From the NCBI GenBank assembly GCA_910586245.1, contig CAJUFY010000004.1:32573-96572 (forward strand): DNA of 64,000 nt, given 5' to 3'. The stretch comes from an uncultured Christensenella sp. Lineage in GTDB: Bacteria; Bacillota; Clostridia; Christensenellales; Borkfalkiaceae. The translations under genes were made by a program, and so were the position numbers. Below the pieces are notes generated by a model. It saw nothing but the letters and a program-made list of their open reading frames with translations, made no database searches and was not told the DNA's origin. The first letter of the stretch is position 1. Each line of letters opens with the position of its first letter. Shown piece after piece: positions 17,311 to 26,502 of this stretch.

Positions 17311-18240
17311 ATGGAACAGACGCAGACTTTGACCGAAGAAGATTTCAAACGCCGCTCGCTCAAAGAAGCGGGGCTTTCTTATTCCGTGGGCACGATCGCG
17401 CCCATGCTTTTGCTTGCGCCGATTCTGCTGATTCTGGGGCTGTGCGGCGTCAAAGACTTCGAAGACGCCGACTGGTACAAATATCTTTGTTACCTTTTGC
17501 CGCAGCTGTGCCTTGCGGGCGCGGCAATCCTGTTTTTCAAAAGGAGCCGTTTTTCCGTTAAAAAAACGTATTGCGCGTGCAAATGGTATTATTTCCCGAT
17601 CGCCGTTTTATTGCAGTTCGGGCTGTTGTTTTCGCTTTCCGAACTTAACGAATATTTTATTCGGTTTTTGGAACTGTTCGGGTACGACCGTTTATCGTCG
17701 AGCGTTCCTTCGCTCGAAGGGTGGAATTTGTTCCCCGCGATTTTGGTGATTGCGGTATTGCCTGCGCTGTTTGAAGAAACGCTCTTCCGCGGCATTCTTG
17801 TCCGACAGACGTTCGAGAGCGGCTGGGGAACGGCGGCGACCGTTTTGATTTCGGGCGCGCTGTTTTCGCTGTATCACCACAATCCCGAACAGACGATTTA
17901 TCAGTTTCTCTGCGGCGCGTGTTTTACGTTGGTCGCGGTTCGTTCCGGCAGCGTGTTTCCCACCGTCGTCGCGCACTTTCTGAACAATGCGGCGATTCTG
18001 ATTTTGGAATCTGTCGGTTACGGCACGGCTTGGACGATCCCGTGGGGTGGATATCTTGCGCTCTGTCTTGTTTCGGCGGCGTGTCTGTTGGGAACGATGG
18101 TTTATCTGGTGTTTTTCGACTGTAACGGAAACCGCAAGGGCGGGGTGAAGTACGGCAAAGTGTTTGCGCTTGCGCTCTGCTCGGGAATCGCGTTCTGCGC
18201 GGTGCAGTGGATCGCGATGCTCGTAGAGGGACTCTCGTGA
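17311..18240 (+). CDS. CPBP-family intramembrane glutamic endopeptidase (CAAX protease/Abi-like)
   Basis: Motifs: EETLFRGIL, LYHHNPEQ, HFLNNAA. About 8 TM segments. Confidence 0.85.
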   Translation: MEQTQTLTEEDFKRRSLKEAGLSYSVGTIAPMLLLAPILLILGLCGVKDFEDADWYKYLCYLLPQLCLAGAAILFFKRSRFSVKKTYCACKWYYFPIAVLLQFGLLFSLSELNEYFIRFLELFGYDRLSSSVPSLEGWNLFPAILVIAVLPALFEETLFRGILVRQTFESGWGTAATVLISGALFSLYHHNPEQTIYQFLCGACFTLVAVRSGSVFPTVVAHFLNNAAILILESVGYGTAWTIPWGGYLALCLVSAACLLGTMVYLVFFDCNGNRKGGVKYGKVFALALCSGIAFCAVQWIAMLVEGLS

Positions 18241-18674
18241 AAAAACTCAATCTCGTGTGCGTGGGCAAGTTGAAAGAGCGTTACTGGCGTGAAGCCGTTG
18301 CCGAGTACGTGAAACGCCTTTCCCGTTTCTGCAAAACGGAAATTATCGAATTGCCCGAACGCGCAACGCCCAAAGAGGAAGCGGAAAGCATTCTGCGCGC
18401 CTGCAAGGGGTACACGTTTGCGCTCGCCGTAGAGGGGAAACGGTGCGATTCGGCTGCCTTTTCGCACAAGTTGGAAAGTTTGTACGCGCGCGGGGAAGAA
18501 ATTACCTTCGTCATCGGTTCTTCTTGCGGGCTCGACCGTACGGTGAAAGAACGCGCAAAGGAATTGTTCTCTTTTTCCGAACTGACCTTTCCGCATCAGA
18601 TGATGCGGGTGATGCTTCTCGAACAGATTTACCGCGCGTTTATGATCGGGTGCGGATCGGAATATCATAAATAA
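18237..18674 (+). CDS. rlmH: 23S rRNA (pseudouridine1915-N3)-methyltransferase RlmH (SPOUT)
   Basis: GTG 18237 overlaps the stop of the upstream gene. VKKLNLVCVGKLKERYW...FVIGSSCGL...SFSELTFPHQMMRVMLLEQIYRAF aligns with E. coli RlmH along its length. Confidence 0.9.
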   Translation: MKKLNLVCVGKLKERYWREAVAEYVKRLSRFCKTEIIELPERATPKEEAESILRACKGYTFALAVEGKRCDSAAFSHKLESLYARGEEITFVIGSSCGLDRTVKERAKELFSFSELTFPHQMMRVMLLEQIYRAFMIGCGSEYHK

Positions 18675-18694
18675 CGGCGGCATATGCTGTTAGA

Positions 18695-19507
18695 ATGGAC
18701 GTCTATTCGGAAATAACCCGTTTTTACGATACTTACCGCGGAGAAAAAACCGTCTTCGGACAGAGCGCGGAGGGGCGGAATTTATACGCGTTTTTTGCGG
18801 GCGAGCATACTTACCCGATCGGAATTTGTCAGTATGCGATTCACGCGCGGGAATGGATTACTGCCTACCTCGCCTGCGAACAGATCGCGCGCGGCGTAAA
18901 GCGCGGCGGCGTATGGTTTCTTCCGCTTACGAATCCGGACGGCGCGTTGCTCGCAACGCGCGGCATATCCTGCGTTTCGCCCGCAAGAAGGGAAAAACTG
19001 CTTGCACTCAACGGCGGCGAAGATTTTTCGCTTTGGAAAGCGAATGCCGAAGGGGTGGATTTAAACGTGAATTTCCCTGCGGAGTGGGGCACGGGAAAGC
19101 GCAATCTGTTTGCGCCCGCGCCCGAAAATTTCGTGGGCGACGCGCCGCTCTGCGCACCCGAAAGCCGCGCGTTGGCGGAATTCACGTTAAAGACTTCGCC
19201 CGATTTTACGATCAGCTGGCATACCAAAGGGGAGGAAATTTACTGGCGGTTCCGCCAACCCTTTTTTCGGAGGCGGCGGGATTTCAAACTTGCGGCAAGA
19301 CTTGCCAAATCGACGGGCTATCCCTTGAAGGAAGCTCCCGGTTCCGCGGGCGGCTATAAGGACTGGTGCGTGGAAAAATTGAAGATTCCCGCGTTTACCG
19401 TCGAGGCGGGGGAGGATGTGCTTCCCCACCCGCTGGGATTGCGTTCGCTCGCTGCGATCGTTTTGCGCTGCGGGGACGCGGTAAAGGATATTACGGAAGG
19501 ATTTTAA
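18695..19507 (+). CDS. M14-family zinc carboxypeptidase (gamma-D-glutamyl-meso-diaminopimelate peptidase-like)
   Basis: Motifs: HAREWIT, LTNPDG, GVDLNVNFP, ISWHTKGEEIYW. Confidence 0.7.
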   Translation: MDVYSEITRFYDTYRGEKTVFGQSAEGRNLYAFFAGEHTYPIGICQYAIHAREWITAYLACEQIARGVKRGGVWFLPLTNPDGALLATRGISCVSPARREKLLALNGGEDFSLWKANAEGVDLNVNFPAEWGTGKRNLFAPAPENFVGDAPLCAPESRALAEFTLKTSPDFTISWHTKGEEIYWRFRQPFFRRRRDFKLAARLAKSTGYPLKEAPGSAGGYKDWCVEKLKIPAFTVEAGEDVLPHPLGLRSLAAIVLRCGDAVKDITEGF

Positions 19508-19508
19508 A

Positions 19509-19967
19509 GTGGAAGAAAAATTTATGCGGGAAGCATTGCTTCTCGCCGAAAAAGCGAAAAAAAAGGGCGAAGTGCCGATCGGGGCGGTCGTCGTATACCG
19601 CGGGAAAGTGATCGGCCGCGGGTACAATCTCCGCACCAGATTGCAGCGCGCGACCCAGCACGCGGAAGTGCGCGCAATCGACCGTGCGTGCAAAAAGCTG
19701 AAGTCGTGGCGGCTGCCCGAAGCGGAAATTTACGTGACGCTGGAGCCTTGCCCGATGTGCATGGGCGCAATTTTGAACGCGCGGATCGACAGGGTGTATT
19801 TCGGTGCGTACGAACAGAAAGGGCGCAGTCTGACGAAGCAGATCGCCGAAGCGGGGCTTTTGAATCACACGGCGGAAGTCACGGGGGGCGTGCTCGAAGC
19901 GGAATGCGCGGCGGTGCTTACGTCGTTTTTTAGCGAAATGCGGACGCGGGAAAAGAAAAAGAAGTGA
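19509..19967 (+). CDS. tadA: tRNA adenosine(34) deaminase
   Basis: HAEVRAI and TLEPCPMCMGAI zinc motifs. GTG 19509, or ATG 19524 (MREALLLAEKA). Confidence 0.9.
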   Translation: MEEKFMREALLLAEKAKKKGEVPIGAVVVYRGKVIGRGYNLRTRLQRATQHAEVRAIDRACKKLKSWRLPEAEIYVTLEPCPMCMGAILNARIDRVYFGAYEQKGRSLTKQIAEAGLLNHTAEVTGGVLEAECAAVLTSFFSEMRTREKKKK

Positions 19968-20103
19968 AGTTTGCGTGAAAGATTGCCGCGGCGCGTTTGA
20001 ACGCGGCATTTACGGGTGATATAACAGGCGAAGGGTAACAAAAAGCCGAACGCCGGAATAGTTTGTATTACCTGATAATTTTGTCGGGGGGAGTCCCCTC
20101 GGG

Positions 20104-20136
20104 AAAAAACACAGCCGCAGCGGGCAAGCTGCGGCT
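20104..20136 (-). terminator. Rho-independent terminator of the ABC-F gene
   Basis: On the minus strand: AGCCGCAGC-TTGCCC-GCTGCGGCT-GTG-T6. Confidence 0.75.
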
Positions 20137-20149
20137 TTATCAATCGTTT

Positions 20150-21997
20150 TTAAATGAGCGTTTCGTATTCTTCGTAGAGGGCGGAAACTTCCGCTTGCAG
20201 CGCGTTCAGTTTGAGCGTGATTTCCTGCACCGCTTTGTAATCCGCCGCGCGCTCGGCAAGATTGAGATTCAGCGCTTCCTCTTCCGTTTCCAGTTCCCCG
20301 ATGCGCGCTTCGATTTCGCGGACCCGCGCTTTTTTCCGCGCTTCTTTGGCGCGGTCTTCCTTCGATCGGTAGCCCGTATCCGCTTTCGGTTTTTCTTTCT
20401 TTTCGGCGGGCTGCGTTTTTCGGCTTTCCAGATATTCGGAATAAGTTCCCGCAAAGGGAACGAGGGCGCCGTTTTCCAGAACGATGATGCGCGTTGCGAC
20501 GGATTCCACGAATCTGCGATCGTGCGAAACGAACAGTACCGTGCCGTCGAACGCTTTCAGCGCGGCTTCGAGCGCTTCCCGTGCGGAAAGATCGAGGTGG
20601 TTGGTCGGCTCGTCGAGGACGAGCAGATTCCCGCGCCGCGCTTCGAGCAGCGAAAGTTCGAGCTTTGCTTTGAGCCCGCCCGAAAGTTCCTTGACCTTTT
20701 TGTTTACGTCTTCTTCGTCCAGTCCCGCCTGTGCGAGCAGTTTGCGCGCGTCCGTTTGCGAAAGCAACGCATGCTTGCCCCAGAAAGCTTCCAGCACCCG
20801 TTCTTCGGGATCGAGATCGGCGTTTTCCTGATCGTAGTACGCCGTTTTCACGAATCTGCCGAACTGCACGGTGGGCGGTTTGGAAAGGAAATATTTCAGC
20901 AGCGTGCTTTTGCCCGTGCCGTTGTCGCCGAGCACGGCGCATTTTTCGCCCCGCATGAGTGTAAATTCCGCGTCTTTCAGCAACAGTTTGTCGTCCGCTT
21001 TCAGATCGAATTTTTCGGCGTGAAGGACGCGTTCGTAGGGGCGGTCGTCGTAACGGAACGCAAAGCGGGGCGGTTGGGGCGGTGGAACGGGCTTTTCGAG
21101 CAGTTCCATTTTTTCGAGCTGTTTGACGCGCGACTGCGCACTCTTCGCCGTGGTGGCGCGTACGATGTTTTTATCGACGTATTCCTGCAACCGCGCAATC
21201 TCTTCCCGCTGTTTTTCGTATTCTTTTTCCAGCCGAAGGTTGCGTTCCTGTTTTAAAATTTTGTATTTCGAGTAATTCCCCGCAAAGGAGAGAACCTGAC
21301 CGCGTTCCAGTTCCAGCGTGCGTGCGGTAAGGCGGTCGAGGAAAAAGCGGTCGTGCGATACGACGAGCAGCGCTCCCCGATAGGTCGTCAGATAATCTTC
21401 GAGCCAGAACAGCGTTTTCATATCGAGGTGGTTGGTCGGCTCGTCCAAAACGAGCAGATCGGGTTCTTCCAACAGCAGACGGCATAGTTTGAGCCTCGTC
21501 TTTTCGCCGCCGCTCATCGTGTTGATCCGCTGATCGTAAACGCTCCCGAAGTTCATGCCGTTGAGCACCGTTTTAATGCGCACTTCGAAGTTGTAGCTGT
21601 CGCGCGCGGCGATCCGTTTGTTCAGGCTTTCCGCCCGCGCCGCAAGCACGCGCATTTCGCTTTCGTCTGCCGTCGCCATTGCGGACTGCGTTTTGCGCAG
21701 CGCATCGAGCAGCGCTTTGTCCTCGTCGAAAACTTCTTCCATGGCGCGGTAAACGGTGTCGTCGCGTTCGAATCCGCCGCTCTGTTCCAGATATCCGATC
21801 CTTGCGCCGTTCTTGCGGAAGATTTCTCCCTCGTCTGGAGAGAGCGCCCCGAGCATGAGTTTTAACAGCGTGGTTTTCCCTTCGCCGTTTCCGCCGATGA
21901 AGCCCACCCGCTCGTTTTCGTGTACGGCAAAGGTGACGCCCCTCACGACGGGCGCGCCTGTATAGCCGAACGTAACGTTTTCGAAACTGACGAGCAT
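20150..21997 (-). CDS. ABC-F family ATPase (two ABC domains, inter-domain linker, C-terminal coiled coil)
   Basis: ATG 21997 (MLVSFEN) is preceded by GGAG. Walker A: GGNGEGKTT and GDNGTGKST. Signatures: MSGGEKTRL and LSGGLKAKL. No TM domains. Confidence 0.9.
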   Translation of the reverse strand: MLVSFENVTFGYTGAPVVRGVTFAVHENERVGFIGGNGEGKTTLLKLMLGALSPDEGEIFRKNGARIGYLEQSGGFERDDTVYRAMEEVFDEDKALLDALRKTQSAMATADESEMRVLAARAESLNKRIAARDSYNFEVRIKTVLNGMNFGSVYDQRINTMSGGEKTRLKLCRLLLEEPDLLVLDEPTNHLDMKTLFWLEDYLTTYRGALLVVSHDRFFLDRLTARTLELERGQVLSFAGNYSKYKILKQERNLRLEKEYEKQREEIARLQEYVDKNIVRATTAKSAQSRVKQLEKMELLEKPVPPPQPPRFAFRYDDRPYERVLHAEKFDLKADDKLLLKDAEFTLMRGEKCAVLGDNGTGKSTLLKYFLSKPPTVQFGRFVKTAYYDQENADLDPEERVLEAFWGKHALLSQTDARKLLAQAGLDEEDVNKKVKELSGGLKAKLELSLLEARRGNLLVLDEPTNHLDLSAREALEAALKAFDGTVLFVSHDRRFVESVATRIIVLENGALVPFAGTYSEYLESRKTQPAEKKEKPKADTGYRSKEDRAKEARKKARVREIEARIGELETEEEALNLNLAERAADYKAVQEITLKLNALQAEVSALYEEYETLI

Positions 21998-22146
21998 AAT
22001 TTTATCTCCGTGAACCAAATTGTGAGTATGAGCAAACAGTTAAAGCACATCCGCGCGATCGAAGAAAAGCTGAAAGGGGCTTCCCCCGAAGAGAGCGCGA
22101 AACTCGCCAAAAAGCTTGTAAAATTGAAAGACGACTGGCTGAACGG

Positions 22147-22998
22147 TTAAAAATCCCACTGCGGGATAAACGCCGTTTCCGCGCTCGATTTATCTTGCGT
22201 GTAAAGATTGGTAAAACCGAGCGACTGCGCGTAATCGACGACGCGCCCGTATTCGCGCGCCGTGATTTTTCGGTTGAGTTCGGGGAAATTTGCAATCTCG
22301 CCCATCGGCGTATACTGGCGCATGAGGGAAACGGGCGCGCCGTCCGGCAGAGTTTTTTTCAAAAAATCCAAGATGCGCAGGGAATCGGAAGAACACGCGG
22401 GCATGACGAGATGCCGCACGAGGATTCCCGAAAGCATTTTACCGCCCGCCCACGCGGGCTTTTTTTGCGCCATAAAGGCGACCGCTTCGCTCGCGTAACG
22501 GAAGTAATCTTCTCTTCCCGTGTATCGCGCGGAGAGCGCGGGGGAAAAGAATTTTACATCGGGCAGCCAGACGTCGACGTAAGGCGCGATCCGTTCGAGC
22601 GCGCCGACTTTTGCGTATCCGCCCGAATTGTATACGACGGGGATATTCGGTTTGCGGTACGCAAGCGCTTCCGCAATCAGATCGGAAACGTGATCGGGCG
22701 TGACGAGATTGACGTTTTCCGCGCCCAGGTTTTCAAGCTGAATAAAAATTTCGGCGAGTTCTTTGGGCGTGAGCTCTTTCCCGCGTCTCGCGCGCGAAAC
22801 TTCGTAGTTCTGACAGAAGGCGCATTTCAGCGAACAGCCGCCGAAAAAAACCGTTCCGCTTCCCCTCAGATAGGATATCGGCGGTTCTTCGTAGGGGTGA
22901 AGATAATATTTGGCGACGGAAAGTCCTTTTACGCCGCACCGTCCCGCCCGTTTTTCTCTGTCCGCTCCGCATTCGACGGGGCATAAGGTACATTGCAT
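22147..22998 (-). CDS. Radical SAM protein, PflX-like (COG1313; homolog of pyruvate formate-lyase activating enzymes)
   Basis: CSLKCAFCQNY (CxxxCxxC) and an N-terminal MQCTLCPVECGADR cluster. Confidence 0.7.
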   Translation of the reverse strand: MQCTLCPVECGADREKRAGRCGVKGLSVAKYYLHPYEEPPISYLRGSGTVFFGGCSLKCAFCQNYEVSRARRGKELTPKELAEIFIQLENLGAENVNLVTPDHVSDLIAEALAYRKPNIPVVYNSGGYAKVGALERIAPYVDVWLPDVKFFSPALSARYTGREDYFRYASEAVAFMAQKKPAWAGGKMLSGILVRHLVMPACSSDSLRILDFLKKTLPDGAPVSLMRQYTPMGEIANFPELNRKITAREYGRVVDYAQSLGFTNLYTQDKSSAETAFIPQWDF

Positions 22999-23054
22999 AG
23001 GGCGATTATATCATTTTCCTGCGAAAAACGCAACCCGATTGCAAGCGCATTCTC

Positions 23055-23083
23055 TTGACATTTGGGAACGCTTCTTATATAAT
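23055..23083 (+). promoter_or_regulatory. Consensus sigma-A promoter of metK
   Basis: TTGACA (23055-23060), 17 nt, TATAAT (23078-23083). Confidence 0.8.
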
Positions 23084-23109
23084 AGAGCGGTCACGAAAGG
23101 AATACGGTT

Positions 23110-24270
23110 ATGAGAAAATTTTTTACAAGCGAAAGCGTTACGGAAGGACATCCCGACAAAGTCTGCGATAAGATCGCGGACAGCATTTTAGACGAACTAT
23201 TGAAGCAAGATCCCTTTGCGCGTTCCGCGGTGGAATGCTGCGCAGCGTACAATACGCTGTTCATTACGGGCGAAGTTTCGGGCAACTGTACGGTTGATTA
23301 CGGGCAGATCGCCCGCAGGGTAATCCGCGAAATCGGTTACGACTTCGGGGAGTTTGCATACGATACGTGCCGCGTGATCGAAACGGTACACGGGCAGTCG
23401 CAGGATATCGCGCTCGGCGTGAACAATTCCAAAGAAAAAAAAGCGGGCGGGAGCGAAAAGGATTTGCTCGGCGCAGGCGATCAGGGCATGATGTTCGGTT
23501 ACGCCTGCCGCGAAACGGCGGAATTGATGCCGCTGCCGATCATGCTTTCGCATAAGCTTGCGGCGAAACTCACCGCGCTCAGAAAGGAGGGGATGCTTTC
23601 CTATCTCCGTCCCGACGGCAAGACGCAGATCACCGTGGAGTACGAGGGGAAAACGCCCGTTCGGGTGGATACCGTCGTCGTATCCTCGCAGCATAAAGAG
23701 GAGGTTTCGCAGGAGCAAATTGCTTCCGATCTGAAAAAACGTCTGATCGACGCGGTGATTCCCGCGCACTTGCTCGACGAAAATACGAAATATTTCATCA
23801 ATCCCACGGGCAAATTCGTGATCGGCGGACCCGAAGGGGATTCGGGACTCACGGGCAGAAAGATCGTGGTCGATACCTACGGCGGCAGATGTCCGCACGG
23901 GGGCGGGTCGTTTGCGGGGAAAGACTGCACGAAGGTGGACAGAAGCGCAACCTATATGGCGCGCTATATCTGTAAGAACATGGTTGCTGCGGGGCTTGCC
24001 GACGAAATGGAATTGCAGGTTGCTTACGCGATCGGCGTCGCGCGCCCGGTATCCGTATTCGTCGATACCTTCGGCAGCGGAAAACTTTCCGACGATCGGC
24101 TTGCGGAAATCGTCGTGAAGGAGTTCGATCTCCGTCCTTCGGCGATCATCGAAACGTTGCAACTTCGCCGTCCCGTCTTCGGGAATACGTCGGCGTACGG
24201 GCATTTCGGGCGGGAAGCGTTTGTCTGGGAACAGACCGATCGCGCGGAATCGCTGAAAAAGTATCTTTGA
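23110..24270 (+). CDS. metK: S-adenosylmethionine synthetase
   Basis: FTSESVTEGHPDK, GAGDQGMMFGYA, GGGSFAGKDCTKVDRSA. Confidence 0.97.
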   Translation: MRKFFTSESVTEGHPDKVCDKIADSILDELLKQDPFARSAVECCAAYNTLFITGEVSGNCTVDYGQIARRVIREIGYDFGEFAYDTCRVIETVHGQSQDIALGVNNSKEKKAGGSEKDLLGAGDQGMMFGYACRETAELMPLPIMLSHKLAAKLTALRKEGMLSYLRPDGKTQITVEYEGKTPVRVDTVVVSSQHKEEVSQEQIASDLKKRLIDAVIPAHLLDENTKYFINPTGKFVIGGPEGDSGLTGRKIVVDTYGGRCPHGGGSFAGKDCTKVDRSATYMARYICKNMVAAGLADEMELQVAYAIGVARPVSVFVDTFGSGKLSDDRLAEIVVKEFDLRPSAIIETLQLRRPVFGNTSAYGHFGREAFVWEQTDRAESLKKYL

Positions 24271-24278
24271 GGGAATTT

Positions 24279-24860
24279 ATGAAGCAGAGGAGCGAACGGC
24301 CGCAATCCGCGGGGCGCAATTTCAAAAAGAGCCTTGCGCGCGACGTCGCCTATATCGCGCTCGGCGTGGCGCTCGTCACCGTGTGTGCTTGGATGACCGT
24401 ACCCGTTGCGGCGATTCCCGTGACCATGCAGACGTTTGCAGTTGCGCTGATCGGCGCGCTGCTCGGTTGGAAGCGCGCGCTTGCGGCGGTATTTACGTAC
24501 GTCTTTGCGGGGTTGATCGGCATTCCCGTATTTTCGGGTTTCCGCGCGGGCGTCGGCGCGTTGTTCGGCGCGACGGGCGGATACGTATTCGGCTTCCTGT
24601 TTGCGGCGCTTCTTCCTGGGCTTGCCAAACTGCTTCCCGTTAAAAACAAGTGGGGCAGGGCGGGCGTCTTTTACGTAGCCGCCGTTCTGGGGCTTGTCGT
24701 GTGTTATCTGTTCGGCACCCTTTGGTTTGCATATCTTACGCGCTGCGGAATCGGTTACGCGCTTACCGTTTGCGTTTTGCCTTATTTGTTGCCGGACGCA
24801 GTCAAACTTGCGATCGCCGCGCTGCTTGCCGTGCGGTTGGAAAAATACGTCAAAATTTAA
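24279..24860 (+). CDS. bioY: BioY-family biotin transporter S component
   Basis: PVTMQTFAVALIGALLGWKRA...GIPVFSGF...GATGGYVFGFLFAA. ATG 24279 with GAGGGA upstream; track ORF from 24267. Confidence 0.85.
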   Translation: MKQRSERPQSAGRNFKKSLARDVAYIALGVALVTVCAWMTVPVAAIPVTMQTFAVALIGALLGWKRALAAVFTYVFAGLIGIPVFSGFRAGVGALFGATGGYVFGFLFAALLPGLAKLLPVKNKWGRAGVFYVAAVLGLVVCYLFGTLWFAYLTRCGIGYALTVCVLPYLLPDAVKLAIAALLAVRLEKYVKI

Positions 24861-24897
24861 CCGAGGGCGAAAACGCCCTTTTCTTTTATTCAAACTT

Positions 24898-25617
24898 ATG
24901 GAAAACGCATTTTCGAGAACTCAATTATTGATCGGGCGGGAGGGGCTGGAAATTCTTGCACGCGCCCGCGTCGCCGTTTTCGGACTGGGCGGGGTGGGCG
25001 GTCATCTTGCCGAGGCGCTTGCCCGCGCAGGAATCGGCGCGCTGCACCTCGTCGATCACGACACCGTGAACGAATCCAATCTGAACCGTCAGATTTTCGC
25101 CACGCGCGATACGATCGGTCAATACAAAACGGACGCCGCGGCGGAACGCATCGCACGGATCAATCCCGCATGCAGGGTAACGCTGTCGCGCGCCTTCTTT
25201 TTGCCTGAAAATGCGGAAGAAACGGAGTTTTGCGCATTCGATTACGTTGCGGATGCGATCGACACCGTTTCGGGAAAACTTGCGATCGTCGAAAAAGCGA
25301 GGGCGGCGGGCGTTCCCGTCATCAGCGCGATGGGCGCGGGCAATAAACTGAACGCGGCGAAGTTCGAGGTTGCCGATATTTCGCAAACTTCCGTCTGCCC
25401 GCTCGCGCGCGTGATGCGCAGAGAACTGAAAAAACGGGGAATCGAAAGGTTAAAAGTCGTGTATTCCAAAGAAGAACCGCGCGGTGTAGTCGGGGAAGGA
25501 GCGGGAAAACGTATTGCGGGGAGCATTTCGTTCGTGCCGTCGGTCGCGGGACTCATCATGGCGGGGGAAATCGTGAACGATTTGCTGCGCAAAGGAGGGG
25601 TGTGTGGAAACTTTTGA
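24898..25617 (+). CDS. tcdA: tRNA threonylcarbamoyladenosine dehydratase (ThiF/E1-like)
   Basis: MENAFSRTQLLIGREGLEILARARVAVFGLGGVGGHLAEALARAGIG..LVDHDTVNESNLNRQ. The track ORF 24694.. carries a spurious N-terminal extension. Confidence 0.8.
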   Translation: MENAFSRTQLLIGREGLEILARARVAVFGLGGVGGHLAEALARAGIGALHLVDHDTVNESNLNRQIFATRDTIGQYKTDAAAERIARINPACRVTLSRAFFLPENAEETEFCAFDYVADAIDTVSGKLAIVEKARAAGVPVISAMGAGNKLNAAKFEVADISQTSVCPLARVMRRELKKRGIERLKVVYSKEEPRGVVGEGAGKRIAGSISFVPSVAGLIMAGEIVNDLLRKGGVCGNF

Positions 25618-26428
25618 CAGGGCGCGCGCAGAGGAAAGCCTGCGCGGAAAATTCCGTAAAAAGCTGTTCGTCCGCTTTGCAAAAGGGATTGCCGATTACG
25701 AACTGTTGCAGCCCGACGATAAAGTCGCCGTATGTATTTCGGGCGGGAAAGATTCCATGCTCATGGCAAAACTCTTTCAGGAACTCAAACGGCACAATAA
25801 ATTTCCGTTCGAACTCGTCTTTCTCGTCATGGATCCGGGGTACAGTGAAGCGAATCTCGAAAATATCAAAAAGAACGCGCAAATGCTCGGCGTGCCGATT
25901 ACCGTGTTTCAGTCTGATATCTTCGAAAACGTGTTGCATATCGAAAAGTCGCCCTGCTATATCTGCGCGCGCATGCGCCGCGGGAATCTATATGCGGCGG
26001 CAAAAGAGCTCGGTTGCAATAAGATTGCGCTTGGGCATCATTACGACGACGTGATCGAAACGATTTTGATGGCGATGCTCTACGGCGGGCAGATCCAGAC
26101 CATGATGCCCAAGATCAGAAGCAAGAATTTTGCGGGCATGGAGCTCATCCGTCCTATGTATTACGTGCGCGAAAGCGATATCATTGCATGGCGCGATTAT
26201 AACGGACTGAAATTTTTACAGTGCGCCTGTCGGTTTACCGAAGGCGTGCAGGCGGAAGAGGTGACTTCGAAACGGCAGAAAGTGAAGGAACTGATTCACA
26301 TGATTGCGAAGGATGATCCCGAAATCGAGCAGAATATCTTTAAGAGCGTAGAGAATGCAAGCCTTTCGAATTTGATTTCGTATAAAGACAAAGCGGGGAA
26401 CAGGCATCGCTTCACCGAGGATTATTGA
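25604..26428 (+). CDS. ttcA: PP-loop ATPase, tRNA 2-thiocytidine synthetase TtcA family
   Basis: GTG 25604 follows AAGGAGGGG. PP-loop: VCISGGKDS. Also ALGHHYDD and the CxxC-type cysteines CYICARM and LQCAC. Confidence 0.7.
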   Translation: METFDRARAEESLRGKFRKKLFVRFAKGIADYELLQPDDKVAVCISGGKDSMLMAKLFQELKRHNKFPFELVFLVMDPGYSEANLENIKKNAQMLGVPITVFQSDIFENVLHIEKSPCYICARMRRGNLYAAAKELGCNKIALGHHYDDVIETILMAMLYGGQIQTMMPKIRSKNFAGMELIRPMYYVRESDIIAWRDYNGLKFLQCACRFTEGVQAEEVTSKRQKVKELIHMIAKDDPEIEQNIFKSVENASLSNLISYKDKAGNRHRFTEDY

Positions 26429-26467
26429 TCGTGGCGAAAATTTCCTTTGAAATTGCTTGCGGGAAAG

Positions 26468-26496
26468 TTGATTTTTTGCCTCGGTATTGATATAAT
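26468..26496 (+). promoter_or_regulatory. Strong sigma-A promoter driving a non-coding transcript
   Basis: TTGATT (26468-26473), 17 nt, TATAAT (26491-26496). No ORF or SD downstream. Confidence 0.65.
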
Positions 26497-26502
26497 AATA
26501 AA

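Noticed and set aside
19968-20149. SRP (scRNA/4.5S) RNA expected downstream of tadA, as in B. subtilis
   Set aside because: On neither strand could I find the conserved domain IV sequence (GGAAGCAGCC-type with a GNRA loop) or a plausible long hairpin. The region only shows two terminator-like hairpins.
22999-23109. SAM-I (S-box) riboswitch upstream of metK
   Set aside because: The consensus promoter at 23055-23083 leaves only about a 20-nt leader, which is too short for any riboswitch. There is no terminator/antiterminator pair.
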